A program made the translations under genes and the position numbers. Of a DNA stretch of 64,000 nt, positions 9,906 through 24,616 are shown piece by piece. The notes beneath the pieces were generated by a model. It ran no database searches. It was not told the origin of the DNA and saw only the letters and a program-made list of their open reading frames with translations. This DNA comes from Octopus bimaculoides (lineage: Eukaryota): the NCBI RefSeq assembly GCF_001194135.2, contig NC_068997.1:56437578-56501577 (forward strand), read 5' to 3'. Every line of letters begins with the position of its first letter. Position 1 is the stretch's first letter.

Positions 9906-11665
9906 TCCTTCCTAAAAAATTTGAAACCATTTTTAAAAGGAGCAAAACAGAAGCAGTGAAATAGCTTCAATTCTTGGACAAAACCATTTCGTTCATTAAT
10001 AAGCATTGAGAAGACAGAAACATGGCACATTTTCTTAGAATTCTCTTTAATGTTTTGTCTATATTTTTTATTCCAAACAAAAATGTTCTGCTTCAAATTC
10101 TCACCTGCAGAATGAAACTAAAATATGAAAAGATCAACAACACATGAGAATAGCAGAAATTTAAATTAGAGTGAAATTTAATCTTTCACATTTCCTGAAA
10201 TTACAAATTTACATCATCCCACAACATTCCACAATACTTCCAACACTTCAATGACAACAACATCTTAACAACACCAACCGTTCCACAAACATCCTGTGAG
10301 TAGAGACCCATGCACCACTCACTAAAACAGGGTTCCTTCCTCTTGTTAGATTTTGCGTTTGTCCATCTTATGTCAGAATGGAAAGAGAATGTGAAATGAT
10401 GATGATGATGATGAAGAAGATGGAATGTAATTTGAGAGATTTAGCAGCTATTTCTAGCATTTTCTATCATTCTTTCATTGGTTCCAAATTTAAATTGGAT
10501 AAAAAATAAAAGTAATTAAAAATAGTGATATAAGATCATTATTTTGAAATTGCAAATCAAATTATGGGTTTTGGGGATGAGAGATTGTTGTTGTTGTAAT
10601 TAGAGGGAGGAACAATGTAAGAGAGATGGAATGGAATAATGGAAAGTTGATCCCTCACTAAATTTGAATTAAAAAAAACAGTGTGGGTGGTGTGAGTCGG
10701 GGTGGTAGGAGATGTAAAGTGTTTAGTTTAATGCTCTAATGATCCTGCCAAATTGTGTCATTGGGAAATGAATGATCATTTCACAAGAAATCAATGATTG
10801 GGCAATTAACCTCTCCATGTGCTTTTAATATTACCATAATATTTTAATAAGTGACCATGTAGGAGATGAGGGTAGAATTACTGGTGCTGTGGGCAAGATT
10901 TTCTCATTGTCTTGCAACGTTTAATTACGTGCCTTTAGAGTTCTGAGTTCACATCTTGTCGATGTTGATTTTGCCTTCAAATGTTCCAAGATTGATACAA
11001 AAAGTACCAGGCAAATAATGGGATCTATTTCACAACTGCTTCCTCCATCCAAATTTATATCCTTTAATTTATTTTGTTAATACAAAGCATTTAATTAATC
11101 ATTGGTTGAAAAATGAGAATTGGTGATGCAAGTAATTTTCTGGAAGTTGAAGAACATGTCATTGTTTCGAAACAGATGATGGTTTACAACTGTAAGAGTA
11201 TCTGGCCATAGAAAATTTGCCTCAATGCATTCATCTGACTCCTGCAAGCAAGGACAAGTGGACATTGAAAGGAAAATGATGTTTAAAGATTTGTATTGTT
11301 TCAATGCTATACTGGACTGTAAAACAAATCTAGAGATTTTGGCAAACACTGTATGTATAGACAAATATAAATGCATTATCTTTGTATACAACACCTTTTT
11401 GGACAAAGAAAATAAAATGTCAGTACTATGACAGCAGGACTTATGATGTATCTAACTGTTGACTGGCAAAGCAGGACTTGTGTCCAGTTAGTGGCACTGT
11501 GATAGCATGACTTATGAAGCATCTATTTACTGCTGTTACGAGTACTGGACTTATGACATGACCTGTAGCAGCAGGGACATATGATATCATAATTTATCTT
11601 TATGTGACATTTGATATACAAGAAAGAACGTTTTTTTTCTGTTATTGTTTTTGCTTTTTCACCAG

Positions 11666-11751
11666 AAGCAAACCAAAACGCAGCATTCTTTTGAACAATG
11701 ACGAGGCTGAGATGCTGGAGGTGTCCTTCATCCTTATAAGCTTTACATGAA
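11666..11751 (+). other. Candidate exon after a strong acceptor (open frame SKPKRSILLNNDEAEMLEVSFILISFT*), unverified
   Basis: Long polypyrimidine tract TTTTTTTTCTGTTATTGTTTTTGCTTTTTCACCAG; only a weak donor is available. Confidence 0.12.
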
Positions 11752-11884
11752 ACTTCACTCAGACAAGATATCAAAGAGGTGGCTACCTTCATATTAAGTA
11801 GCTTAATTCCTAAAAGCCTTTCAAATGCCACAGGTTGAAGAATTTATCTGCAAGTAGAGAACTTTGTAACTTGCTCAGGTCATT

Positions 11885-12100
11885 CATAAACACAGCTTAG
11901 TGGTTTGGGCATTTGACATGTGAATATAAGATCATGAGTTCGATTCCTGGCAGTATGTTGTGTTCTTGAGCAAGACTCTTTATTTCTCATTCCACTCATC
12001 TGGCAAAAATGAGTTGCCGCATTCTGTGTCATGCTGAATCGCCTTGAGAACTACATGATGGGTATGCATGTCTGTGGAGTATTCAGCCAGTTATACATTA
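11885..12100 (+). mobile_element. tRNA-derived SINE family F
   Basis: GCTTAGTGGTT A-box, GAGTTCGATTCC B-box, TTGAGCAAGAC; inverse-orientation homolog at 56400-56690. Confidence 0.7.
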
Positions 12101-13013
12101 ATTTTTCCAATGGAGAATCAGGCAGCCACCGCCTTTCTGGACAGTATTTAGAATATGCCAGAAGGCAAAAGTGTCACTTTGTATCACATTCCATATAAGG
12201 CATTTCACTTCAAACCAGGATAGAATTAGCAGACGTCTAACAGGCTTTTTACCATCGTCTCTGGATGATTCTACAGGAAATATCTAACAGAGATTAGATG
12301 CTATTATTGAATCAGGATTTTTATGAGTACAGAGACTGGACTTCACCGTCAAATTATCTTCATTAATGTCCAACAAATAAAGAATTCATTAGTGTGGCTT
12401 ATAGAATAATCTCAATGGTGATATTATCAAGCGCAAAAATGTCGTGAATGTTAGCATTATGTTCTAAATAATCATGAGTTTGTCTGTTACTAACAGAAAT
12501 ATTATTTTACCACTTGTTAAAAGATATTGATCAGTCTTTGGAAATAATAATTTTTTTTTGTCTTTTTGTTGATATTTCTATTTTTTATTTATCTTTTCAT
12601 TCGTCTTTCGTTGAACAACTGAATGTTGTTGGAAATAACGAGTTTAATTCTTAACAAATGAGGCTGCATAATTTCATTGTGTCTAAGAATTGAAATAATG
12701 ATTCTAAAAATGAAGTCCATTGCAAAACAACATTTAATATTCAAGATGAAAAAAACAAAAAGAAATGTTGAAATATAACAATATATAGAAGAAAAAGGAG
12801 GAGGTAAAAAAACAACAAATAATAGGAAGAAACAAAAGAAAAATTTATCAGCAATAAAGCAACTTTAAATTTGAATATTTCTTTTACACTTCTTCTACAA
12901 TTACAACAATGAGTTGCTCATATCATTATTATTATTATTGTCGTTATTTTAACATCTACTACCACCACCACCACCACCACCACTGTCCTCGTCGTCATCG
13001 TCGCTGCCGCCGA

Positions 13014-13044
<31 letters not shown>

Positions 13045-14877
13045 ATTAATTATCATTATGTTTCATTGTTATTACCATATTTTGTTATTTATTTTGTATT
13101 ATATTATTATCATTATTATAATTATTATTTATCATTTATTATTGTTGTTATAACTTATGTATTATTATTATTGTTATTATTATTATTAATAATAATTGAA
13201 GGGTTGTTTTTATTCATTTTGTTTTTTTTTACTACATAAGGATGAAATATTCCATCAATACGACAAGTGTAAAAATTGAAATCTACTTCATTTTTAAAAG
13301 TGTATAAATGCATCGAAATGAAACAAAAATAATGAAGGACAGAGAAAGAAAAAAAGAAGGAAAGAACATAAGACAAATCAACGGACGAAAAAATAAATTA
13401 ACTTATAAATAAATAAATGAATGAAAGAATGAATTGCTTAAAGCTTTAAAGAGAAATTCTATAATGGAAGAAAAACAACTTGGTAAAAGAAACAAAACAA
13501 AAATGTTTTAAAAAAGCAAGGAGAAAGAAGGGAATTTTTAAAGAGCAAGGAACAATGAATTCCTATCGGGAAGGTGGTATTAATCGTTTAAGATCATATT
13601 ATGTTGATAGCATTACTAAAAATATATTGATCATTTTCATATTTTACTACTTAAAATTTCTTTTTTCCTCCCATTTTTGTTATTTGTTATATATATTTCT
13701 ATAAGTTTTTTTCAAATGGCAATAATGGTAAAATCACTTTTTCTTTTTTACTTCCTCATTTATTTATTTATTTTTTATCTGTAGACTCAAAACCAGGGTT
13801 AGACTGATTGATGCCAAGGCAATATGGTTATAGAGGAATGGGTGTGATTCATGTTATAAGGTATCCAGCTATTATAAAGTATCCAGCTATTATAAAGTCT
13901 TGACAATATTTATATCCATACACTCACACCCACACACATACAGACATACATTTACACACATGTATATACATTAGTGTATATAAGGATAAAACCTGCCACT
14001 ATTCCCTTTTAATTTTTGATGGAATATTTTTCTAAAGTTCTATAAAATGTTTATGGGATTAGGTCAAAAGTAGGAACTTATCAAACATTCAGTTGTCGTA
14101 AATAGCAGAGCTTGTAAGACTTTAAACCTATTTGGTTTTTGACGCTGCAAGGAAAAACTGATATGGTTTAGGTCACCTTACAGATGAATAAATATAAAAG
14201 TGTCTTTGTAGACTTGTATTGTTTTATTTAAAAGTAATTTGTTTTTTTTTGTACTCCTAGTTTGACATTGCAAAATGGATTTTATCGATGTGAGGTTTTT
14301 GAGTGAATTTCGGATAGTGAGCTACCAACTAAAAGGTCTTTCTGATGTTTTTATTGTGTTGTGGATATACACTTAATTTTACATTATTCCTTAAGAGGAA
14401 GTGTGGTGGATCGATTACTGATTAATGATTTAATCAAAAGAAGGGGGACAGCTCAAATTACTCCTTTCAGGTATTCTGAGCAATGTGTTAGAAAGCATGG
14501 GGTGGGGAGTTATCCTCCTGGTTGATCCAATCCAAATACTTGCTATAAAATGGACTCTGCTCCAGGCAGTCAAGAGATGAGTTTTGGTGTTTAATCCAGC
14601 AACAGATTAAGAGCAACAATGATTGTTTTTCTGCAGATTTTACTCATTACCTATCAACCAAATTTTATTGACAATAATTTATTGAATCCAAGGCTGTGGT
14701 AGGAAACAGGTACCCAGGGTACAATCAGTGAAATTTAACAAGGTACTATGAATACATTCCACCCCCAGTCCTTCTACCACACCTGCATCCTGCTTGATTG
14801 ATGGATATCTTAATTTCTGATACTAGGAGATACATTAGTGTCTTATCCTTCCATCCAAGCGTTTATGTGTGCATATA

Positions 14878-14912
<35 letters not shown>

Positions 14913-15479
14913 GTATGTGTGTATGTAGATGTATGTATATAGACACACATACACACACATATACATGCAATAATTCTATATATACATACACACACATATA
15001 TATATATGAATATTTTTAAAATCTTAGGGAATAAGTATTCCAGGTTATCAGGACTTTTACTATTTTACACTTTACTAATGCAATGTAAACAGTATCATTT
15101 ATAATATTATTACAAATTTGGGATTTTACTAATAGAACTGCAACTCCTATTTCAGGATAACCTTAGCACATGACAGGAGGAGCAGCCATTTACACAGGAA
15201 AAAGGAGTGAACATTATGTCGATAAGTATTCTTCATTTGTTAATTTTTTTTACTAGTTTTATTCAATAAATTTATAACGTATAAAATGGTTTTTACTAAA
15301 TAATCTTTTTAGATACAATTAACTTACGTTTGACATTAAAAAAATGGTAATTTATACTTGTATAGATAGGGGTAAATCTTACACTAAATTATTAATTCCC
15401 GTTATCTTTATATATATAGGTTGTAGGATTTGATGTGTTCATAATATAGTCGTTGAGGGTTTCCTTAGGTTTACCATTT

Positions 15480-15525
<46 letters not shown>

Positions 15526-15776
15526 TATTGTAATTTAGGTGGTTAATTTTTAATTTTTAAAAATATATTTGTAATTTACATATTTTAATATATTTTTATT
15601 CATATTCTTATTTGTCTATTTAATATGACCTATAATATGTATTTTAACTTTGATCCGTAAATAATAATAATAACAATATGATAAATAGCGTGAGGACGCA
15701 CTGGTGGATTTATGTATTATGTATAGCCTTGATAAACACGTGTAGCATTGATTAAGAATATCTTCTTTCCCCACAG

Positions 15777-15787
15777 ACTAATAACAG
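15777..15787 (+). other. Candidate 11-nt micro-exon
   Basis: TCTTCTTTCCCCACAG | ACTAATAACAG | GTAAGT. Confidence 0.15.
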
Positions 15788-16376
15788 GTAAGTTATATAG
15801 ATTTTTCAAATATTTTTTCAACTAATTTTATTGTATTTTATAGTAGGTTTTTTAACTACTTATATTACTTTATTGGATATAATTTTCTATGTGTATCCTA
15901 TAACATGGGTTGGACGATTTGATTGAGGACACACACGTGTGTGTGTGTGTGTGTGTGTGTCTATGTTTGTGTGTCTAAACATAGGTTTTCTCCTGTAGTG
16001 ACTATATGTTCCTGTGCTTCCTATGACAACGGATCCAGTAATAGCTTAATGACTGAAGAAGGACAGGAATATGTTGAGAGAATTTCTCACGTTTAATGAT
16101 TAAATGCACAGAACCACATACATACACCATCATGTATGCACCACCATACATGTACACACTGACGCACACATGTACAGATACAGGTGCAAGCACACAGACA
16201 TGTAGATGCAGGTTCACATTTAAATTGCATTATGTTAATTTCAGCTTTGCTAATTTGTATTCTAGGAAAGTGGGTTCCCTAAATATTACCATTTCTCTCC
16301 CTTCTCTTTGGCTAAATGGTGACACTCCATTATGGTCTTAAAATTCTAATGAATGAGAAATATAACTCACATGTAT

Positions 16377-16407
<31 letters not shown>

Positions 16408-17597
16408 TATATATATATACACCCACACATACATACATCATACACACAAACATGCATACAAGTATATGATTGCACAAATATGCATAGATGCATACATAAA
16501 TATATGCATGCATGTATTTACGTGATAATGTCAAATGTCTGTGGAAGCAGCTGCACAAAATCTTCATGAAGGTTTTACCACTCTTTGCAGAATGATGTTG
16601 ATACTTAGACCACACACAACACAGCCCATAAAGAAATCTGTCCCAAGATAGAAAATTTAAGAATACATCAGTTATTGAATATCAATGCAAGTAGTACTGG
16701 TGCAACATGCCCATTAAAACTTATATAAATTGCAGATACTACAAGCCTGCTGGGACAGAAAGGTAAACTTGTGTATTATCATTGAAGTCAGCTTCCAAAA
16801 CCAATGAGAAGGTGACTGTCTGTGGACAGCTGCTTCAAAACCTGAAGCTTGTCTATCTTGATTATAAATTCACATTTATACAAATGGTAATGTTTGTAAA
16901 TGTCTCATTGCAAATCTTCAAAAAAGAAAAATGATCAACAAACACATACTCTATCAAACACAATCTTTAAGTGGAACATGAAAAATATACAATAATTTTC
17001 TAAGGTTCAGCAAGTAACACTTGTTGAATTTGTTTACCAAATTCCAGTTGATGGAGAAGCTTTTGTTTCTTTGGAAGAATATTAAATATTAAAAAAGACA
17101 TACACTTGTTTATAAGTACATGCTTATTTGCATACACGCATGCATACATACAAACATACATACGTACACAGACAACACAACACCATATATCTATGTACAT
17201 AGATACGGGCGTGTGTGTCTGTGTTTGTCTGTGCAAGTACATATGTATACATGTATATAGAAAGCGAGAGAGAGTGAGTGAGAGGGAGGGATAGAGGGGA
17301 CAAAGAGCAGGAGAGAGAGAGAGGGGTGTGGTACGTAGAGAGATAAAAAGGGTGATATTTTAATGAATTCTTGTTGAAAAATATAAAAATACCGAGTGCA
17401 ACCTTCATGTTGGAAGTTGTCTACAGATTCTTATAAATGCTGATTTATGAGTGATAAACAAGGACTAAATCACAGTTTCATTCATCAGGTTGACTGAGAA
17501 ACCCACTGGGGCTTATGGTTGACAGGCAGAATGACACTATAGTTTAGCTCTGCATTTGTCTGAATATATTTATATTAATATTAATTTCTTTGTGTAG

Positions 17598-17646
<49 letters not shown>

Positions 17647-18329
17647 AATACATCTCCTTGATTGGACAAATAAACAAGTGTCTCGGGAGGTCCATGTGCA
17701 TATAGATCTGCTATAAATTACTCCTGACACAAATATCTTTCCTGGTTGACTCCCTTCAGTGATGTTTGCAGTACATTAGTAAGACAGGATGTTAATGGTT
17801 GTGTACATGCACACTCATTTTGTTTCTCACATATGTTTCACTCACTTTATATTTTATTCATCGTGGCTCACTGCTATTTATATCATGGAACCAATTTATG
17901 TGAAACCCTAAAGAGATACAGAAGCATCTTTCTTTCCTAGAAGATTTACTGCAAGATTTTTAGAAATTATGCTTGTATTTTCTTTATGCGACAATATTCG
18001 GGATTAATTTTTCCAAATAACACATTTCATAAAGATATTGGTCATATCCCCGACTAATTTATAATTAATTGCAGAGTATGTTGAGTGTATAAATAGATTT
18101 GTTACATGAATTAGGAAATACACTGAAGTGCATACATCTCTAGTCACTAAACACACACAAATATACACACATGTGCACTACAAACACATACACTTAGACA
18201 CATACACAAATGCACACACACATTTATCCATGTGTTTGTATGCTCAAAGATCTACCAGCATGTTGGGTTATGTTTGCGTGTTGGCATGCATTTCTGTATG
18301 CATAAAAGGTGCAAAGCTGGAAGCACCAT

Positions 18330-18520
18330 TATTGCACTTGGCCAAATGCTTTGAGGCATTTGGTTTGTCTTTACTCACTGAGTTTAGATTCCGCTGAGTT
18401 GAACTTTGCCTTTCATACGTACAGGGTCGTTTAGATAAATACCAGCTGAGGACTGGCATTGATGTAATCAGCTTAACCCTGCACCAAAATTGCTGGCCTT
18501 GTGTCAAAATTTGCAACAAC
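18330..18520 (+). mobile_element. CORE-type SINE (decayed)
   Basis: TTCCGCTGAGTTGAACTTTGCCTTTCAT...GATAAATACCAG; homologous to the 56935 copy. Confidence 0.7.
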
Positions 18521-19714
18521 AATACACGTATATATACATTTTTTTTTTTTTTAATAAACCTACTCTTTAGTACTTCCAGATATTTTCATGTAATTTTGGT
18601 AAATATATGTATTAGAATGAGATGTCAGTGTTATTTTCATTTTTGCATAATTTAGACGATAGTTCATTCACCGCACCCTGTATTTACATACACACACACA
18701 CACACAGATATATATATATATGTATACGTATATATCTATCTATGTATGTATGTATATATATTTATGCATGTACGTATGTATATAAATATGCATATACACA
18801 CATATACCACCATTGATACCAGTTTTAAAAAGAATCTACACAAATCCAGCACAGAACGTACAGTAAAATAGCTGAGCCAGAAAAAGAGAACATCACAGCA
18901 TACATTTGTTTCTTCTTTTCTTTAGTCTTAGCTAAGTTGACCATTCTAATGTTTCTGGCTTTAAGAGTGCACTTGAGATTAAAGCTTGTGTAATCCATTA
19001 ATCTTCAGTTGACCATATCTCGATAGCAGAACATAAATCCTAATTAGTGCTGCTAGTCGCAACACAATATTAGATTTGGGACTCAGTTTATGCCATTAAG
19101 ATCTCATTAGAATGTGTTCAGATCTTCAATGGTGTCTATGTGATGCTATAGAATTTTGGTTTGTTGTTTTGTGTTTTTGTTGTTGTTGTTTTAGTTTTCT
19201 AAACATGAAACTATCAGATTACTGTGTCTAGCAAGTTTTAAACTAGTAAATCATAACAAGTTGTTGGTGTTCTTGTTGTTGTTTTGTTTTTTGAATGAAA
19301 CCATTCATATAAATATAAAAATATTCGTAGGAGGATGATTGAAGGAAAATTGACAAGAAATAATTGATAATACATGAAAAAATCTTAGAAAACAAACAAT
19401 ATGAAATGTGTGCATCTATGTATGTGCATTATATATATATATATAGTTTTTGTGAGTATATAAGTGTGTATGTATACATGCATATATACATACAAATATA
19501 TATGTGCATATATTTATATATATGTGTGTGTGTGTATATGTATATATCTATATATCTATATATGTATGAATATATATGTTCATTTATATGTACACACAGA
19601 TATATAAAGGGAAAATTGTGAACAGTCATCAAATTTCATTTCATATTTCATATACCTTACATTTTATCTCATATTTAAGTAAGTGTACAGTATGTTTATG
19701 TATGTGTGTGTATG

Positions 19715-19765
<51 letters not shown>

Positions 19766-20295
19766 GTGTGTGTGTGTATTTGCCCAGACATTTAGCGTAT
19801 ATATATAGAGAGAGAGAGTGCACAATAATATATAACTTATTTAGATATGAGATAAAATACAAGAGATATGAAATGTGAGATGAAACATGTTGATTGCTTA
19901 ACTCTTTTAGAAGTAGAAAAATGTTTAAAGAACTCTATTCAAGCCAAAATTACTTTATCAATATGAAAACTGTTCCTATAATGTCTATCTAAAATTATGG
20001 TCATGTGATGAAAGAATAGATTAGTATGAAAATTATTAGCCCTTTTTTGTGAGTTCAAATGACACTGAAGGCTGTCGATTGTGTTTGTAATATAGGGATG
20101 TAATTTTTATGTTTGTAATAAACACTGGGAATAGAGATTAGGGACACTGAGGTAAATATGTCTTGTCTCCAATAGTTTTAATATCAAAGAAATGAGATAT
20201 TTTTATATTTGCAATATTAGAGAAAGCATATCTGTCTGGAATGCTTCTGTGGTTTCTGTAGTATATTTCTAAATGGATGAACATAATTAAACACA

Positions 20296-20418
<123 letters not shown>

Positions 20419-20744
20419 TTATGTTAATTCATTAAGGAATGAGAACAATAGCATCAGCAGTACCCCACACAGATCTTGTAACTGTAAATTCTTTAGTAAC
20501 AATCCCCTGAAAAATGTGTGCTTAGTTTATTTCTTGTTCAGCTTTGCTAATAGCTGTTTCATCTATACCAATATCTAATGTAGATGGAACTACAAGAACT
20601 TACTTCGGAATGACTGGAAATGCCTCCAAGGAAATATATATTTAACACTTGGTTTTGTTTAGAGATACAAGAAAAGATCCTATCAGGTGGTGCTATTGAT
20701 TTTGACATGGCCAGCGCCAATCTTAGAATCATATCTAAATTATC

Positions 20745-20861
20745 TGTCAGTTTGTCTGTCTGCTTCTCAGTCTGTCTGTCTGCCTCTCTGTCAGTCTGTC
20801 TGTCTATCTGTGTCTCTCTCTATCTATCTATCTATCCATCTGTCCATCCATCTATCTATCA

Positions 20862-20906
<45 letters not shown>
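20745..20906. repeat. (GTCT)n/(ATCT)n/(AT)n compound microsatellite
   Basis: Directly visible. Confidence 0.9.
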
Positions 20907-20911
<5 letters not shown>

Positions 20912-21341
20912 GAATGGATATCTGTATAATGTAATTTTTGTTTGAATTCGAAGATAATTTGAAATCTAAGCTGTGGTGATGATGGTATCTGATATAACAA
21001 TATTTAGATACCTGGAACTGTTATTAAATCATTTGATATTTAAAAGGACAAAGTGCAATACACAGAACTGTTATAAACTATTTGATATTTACTGTTCTCT
21101 CAATATCATATACATCTTCATTGGTATATTAAAGTATGGATAGATTAGAAGGCAGAAAACAGATTTATAACAAGATATAAATGATTATCTGTGTAGGTGG
21201 ATGAGAAGAATTGCAAAGATATTGATAAATGATTCATAGATTGAAAGAAGACTGATGAATAAAGTTTGTAGAGTGACACAATGAGAAATGACTGCACAGA
21301 TTCATAAAAAATATACATCCACAATAACAAATTATGACTGC

Positions 21342-21375
<34 letters not shown>

Positions 21376-21385
21376 NNNNNNNNNN

Positions 21386-21416
<31 letters not shown>

Positions 21417-21419
<3 letters not shown>

Positions 21420-21720
21420 TAACAGAATAGCCCGTCGTTGCCAGGCAATTTTTACAATAGAATGTCGTATATAAATTTTTATTTGTTCCATGTCAGAGCA
21501 TGCCTCCCCTGACAGATAGGCGTCTTCATTAGGACAGATTTGTGCAATTTTTCACCAAAAAAATTTTGTTTAGCATTTTTTTATTTTTCCAATTATTTAC
21601 ATGTCTGTGTGACCGTTTCACATGACTTTATTCATTAAAACTTCAAAAGATCTTACAACTTTGCTCATCGTAAGGCTTTGCTTTAATTTGTTTCATAAAA
21701 ATTCCTCCTCCTAATGATTT
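21417..21720 (+). mobile_element. Helitron/Helentron-type non-autonomous element, 5' part (tentative)
   Basis: Starts inside an (AT)n tract with TACTAACAGAATAGCCCGTCGTTGCCAGG, resembling the TACTAG..CCCG-CG-TGC termini of HINE/DINE-type elements. Confidence 0.4.
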
Positions 21721-22351
21721 TGCTTTCATTTTGTGATAGGTATCATACAAAAGATACCAGCTATCATGCAGTAAAGGCTAGCTTTCAAATCCTGTTTTCT
21801 GATTAGGTAAAATTGATTAAACTTTAAACCTCAGTAACATTCTTCTGCAATTTTCCTGGAACAAATAAAATCGGATTTAACATGGAAAGTTATTTCACTC
21901 ACATGTGACAGCAACAAGGATGACCCTGCAAAAGTAGACAGACAGTTATAGGACGTCACACACACACACACACACACACAGGTAATCACAAGTCTAGAAG
22001 AGTGTATAGTAGACATAAGTATATATGTATTTATATATGTACGTATGCATATATATGTATGTGAGTGTTTCTTTGCAATTGCCATTGTTTTGTGTTTTGA
22101 ATTATTTGTCTTTGGTCGTCTTCATTTCTATTTGGTCAGATTTTTTCAATCTGTGAATAATCTAAAACCTCTTAGTGAAATATTTCTTAGCAGAGTTGAA
22201 ACAAAACAATGGCTGCAGCTAAACCACCACTGACACCACCACCAAAACGACGACGACCACCACCACCACAACAACAACAACAGGAATCCCACTACAAAAG
22301 GAATTGGTTTAGCGCTTCCATTAATTTTAACTTGTTAAGTAATCCTCCTAA

Positions 22352-22508
22352 ATAACAGGTGAGTTGTCAAAGTCAAGCAACAGGTGAGATATCCAAAGTA
22401 GATCAAATAAGGTGTCAAAGTAGAGCAAGTGCTGAGGTGTCACAGTAGAACAACAGGTAAGGTGTTATAGAAAATATGTAATCAAAGGTAGTAGAACAGG
22501 TGAGATTT
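22352..22508 (+). repeat. Degenerate minisatellite of about 25 bp (ACAGGTGAGGTGTCAAAGTAGARCA), about 6 units
   Basis: Recurrent CAGGTGAG/GTGTCAAAGTAG units. Confidence 0.75.
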
Positions 22509-23407
22509 CATGGGAACTTAAAATGTTATCTTGTGACAAGAATATTCCATAAGTCTGTTAATTCTTATAGGTGTTGTTTAGTCCACAGGTAAGTCTTCTT
22601 CTGGCAGGCTTATAATCAAAATATTTCAGATCTGAACCTTCCACCATTTTTAAAAAATTAAATATTTGGTCATAGCATAGCTAGGACTACATTATTCTGT
22701 GTGTGCATCTAAATTTATGAACACTTAAGTGATAGACTTAATACAGACATTCATTTACCACCAAAACTAAACTACCACTCCCACCCACTAGCCACCAACA
22801 CCATAACCGCTACCAGCAGCACCTCCACCACACATATAGCCATTCCTTGTTTTTCTGCAGTTGGCAGCTTATTGTTATTCTTGTAGAACATCATTTACAC
22901 GACATTCAATAATGTGAGAAGATTTGAGGGAATTGGGCATGTGCTGACCAATTTAAACAACAATATTATGTGTTTACAGCTGAATAGACTGAGCCATCTA
23001 GATTTTTGTTGCCACACTACAGGCAGAATCAGTGTAGTTATGTGGTGGAAACCATCAAATTTCCACTCGTTTTCTGGATTTGTCATATTAATTCAGACGA
23101 CAAAACTGTCAGAACTAAAGCAAACTATTTCATGGAATTTCATTAAATTGTATTTAATAAGTTTTGGGATATTTGTCTTGAGCATTGATAATCAATAATC
23201 TAAATGTAATATATTTGTTATACCATTTAATATCATACATTTCATAGATTCGTTATACAATTTTTAATAACTAGATTATATTTTAATAAATACATGGTCT
23301 TAGGTGGGAATGGTATTAACATTTATTGTTATTGAATCTTGAAGGTAATATTATTGTTGTTGTTATTACCATTATTATTATTATTAATATTATCATTATT
23401 ATTATTA

Positions 23408-23610
23408 AGGTAGTGAATTGGCAAAATCATTAGCATATGGTGGGCAAACTGCTTAGCAGTATTTTGTCCATGTTTAATGTTTTTAGTTCAAATTTTGCCA
23501 AGGTCAGTTTTGCCTTTCATCCTTTTGGGGTCAGTAAAACAGGTACCAGTTGAACATTGGGGGGTCGATGTAATTGACTTAACCTTTTCTCTGGAAACAC
23601 TGGCTTTCTG
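23408..23610 (+). mobile_element. CORE-type SINE
   Basis: GTTCAAATTTTGCCAAGGTCAGTTTTGCCTTTCATCCTTTTGGGGTC...GGGGTCGATGTAATTGACT. Confidence 0.8.
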
Positions 23611-23658
23611 CCCAAGTTTATATTTATATATATATATATATATATATATACATACATA

Positions 23659-23718
<60 letters not shown>

Positions 23719-24616
23719 TGTATGTATGTGTATATATATATATATATATATACCGACGAATGTGTGTGTGTTTTAATAACTTTGGTGTTATTTAGGTTTC
23801 AGCTAATGATGTATCTACTTCTCACTTTTATTTTCCTAGGAAGATTATTGCCAGATTTTTATATCACTGCTTGCCTTAATGACATTATTCAATGTTAACG
23901 TACTTGGATCATGACATTTGAAATTAAATTCACGATAATGTGATGGGGAGGGGGGGGGCAAGCATTCTGCTAACACCATTCCACCACCACCACCACCATC
24001 ACTACCACCGTTCTATCACCACCACCACCACCACTGTCACACCAGCACCACCATCACTGTCACTCCACCGCTGCTGACAACAGCGAAGAAGTCAGAAAAT
24101 AATATAGCTATCTAACAGTTTTCCATAATTCCTTTCTCCAAAATTACATATTAATTCAAGGCAGTTATAAAAGCTTGAGAACTAATTACGTGTAGTAAAA
24201 GCATATGATGTATTTATGTCGATTTTTGTACATATTTCTCAAAGATATTGAGGCATTACGAGAGTCAATTAGCAAATGAAATGTTAATGCAATATAGGAA
24301 CATGATATTAGACAGCTTTTCAGAACATTATACTTTAGGTAGGTGCTTTTTATATATATATATATATNNNNNNNNNNNNNNNNNNNNNNNNNNNNNNNNN
24401 NNNNNNNNNNNNNNNNNNNNNNNNNNNNNNNNNNNNNNNNNNTCTGTTTTATTTTATTGGATTACCTTTTTAGTTATTTTTGTTGTTGTTGCTGTTGTTA
24501 GTCGCCAATTCAAAGTGAAGTCAGCAGACACACACTCATCGAATCAGATTATTGTAGTCGAGAACTGAATAATTAACAACAAAGTATTAAAGCTTCTTTC
24601 CTTACGAAAGAAGAGA

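Noticed and set aside
11095-11431. Overlapping 103-aa and 68-aa ORFs in unique sequence
   Set aside because: No recognisable domain and no consistent splice or start context.
13862-13899. Short tandem duplication GTATCCAGCTATTATAAA x2 (a similar one at about 4098-4140)
   Set aside because: Ordinary slippage duplications; no spacer structure, so not CRISPR-like.
16736-16762. 27-nt AG...GTAAAC candidate exon (ILQACWDRK)
   Set aside because: The acceptor lacks a polypyrimidine tract and the donor is weak.
17473-17490. Minus-strand CTGATGA-AT-GAAAC hammerhead-like core
   Set aside because: No stem II and no stem I/III pairing.
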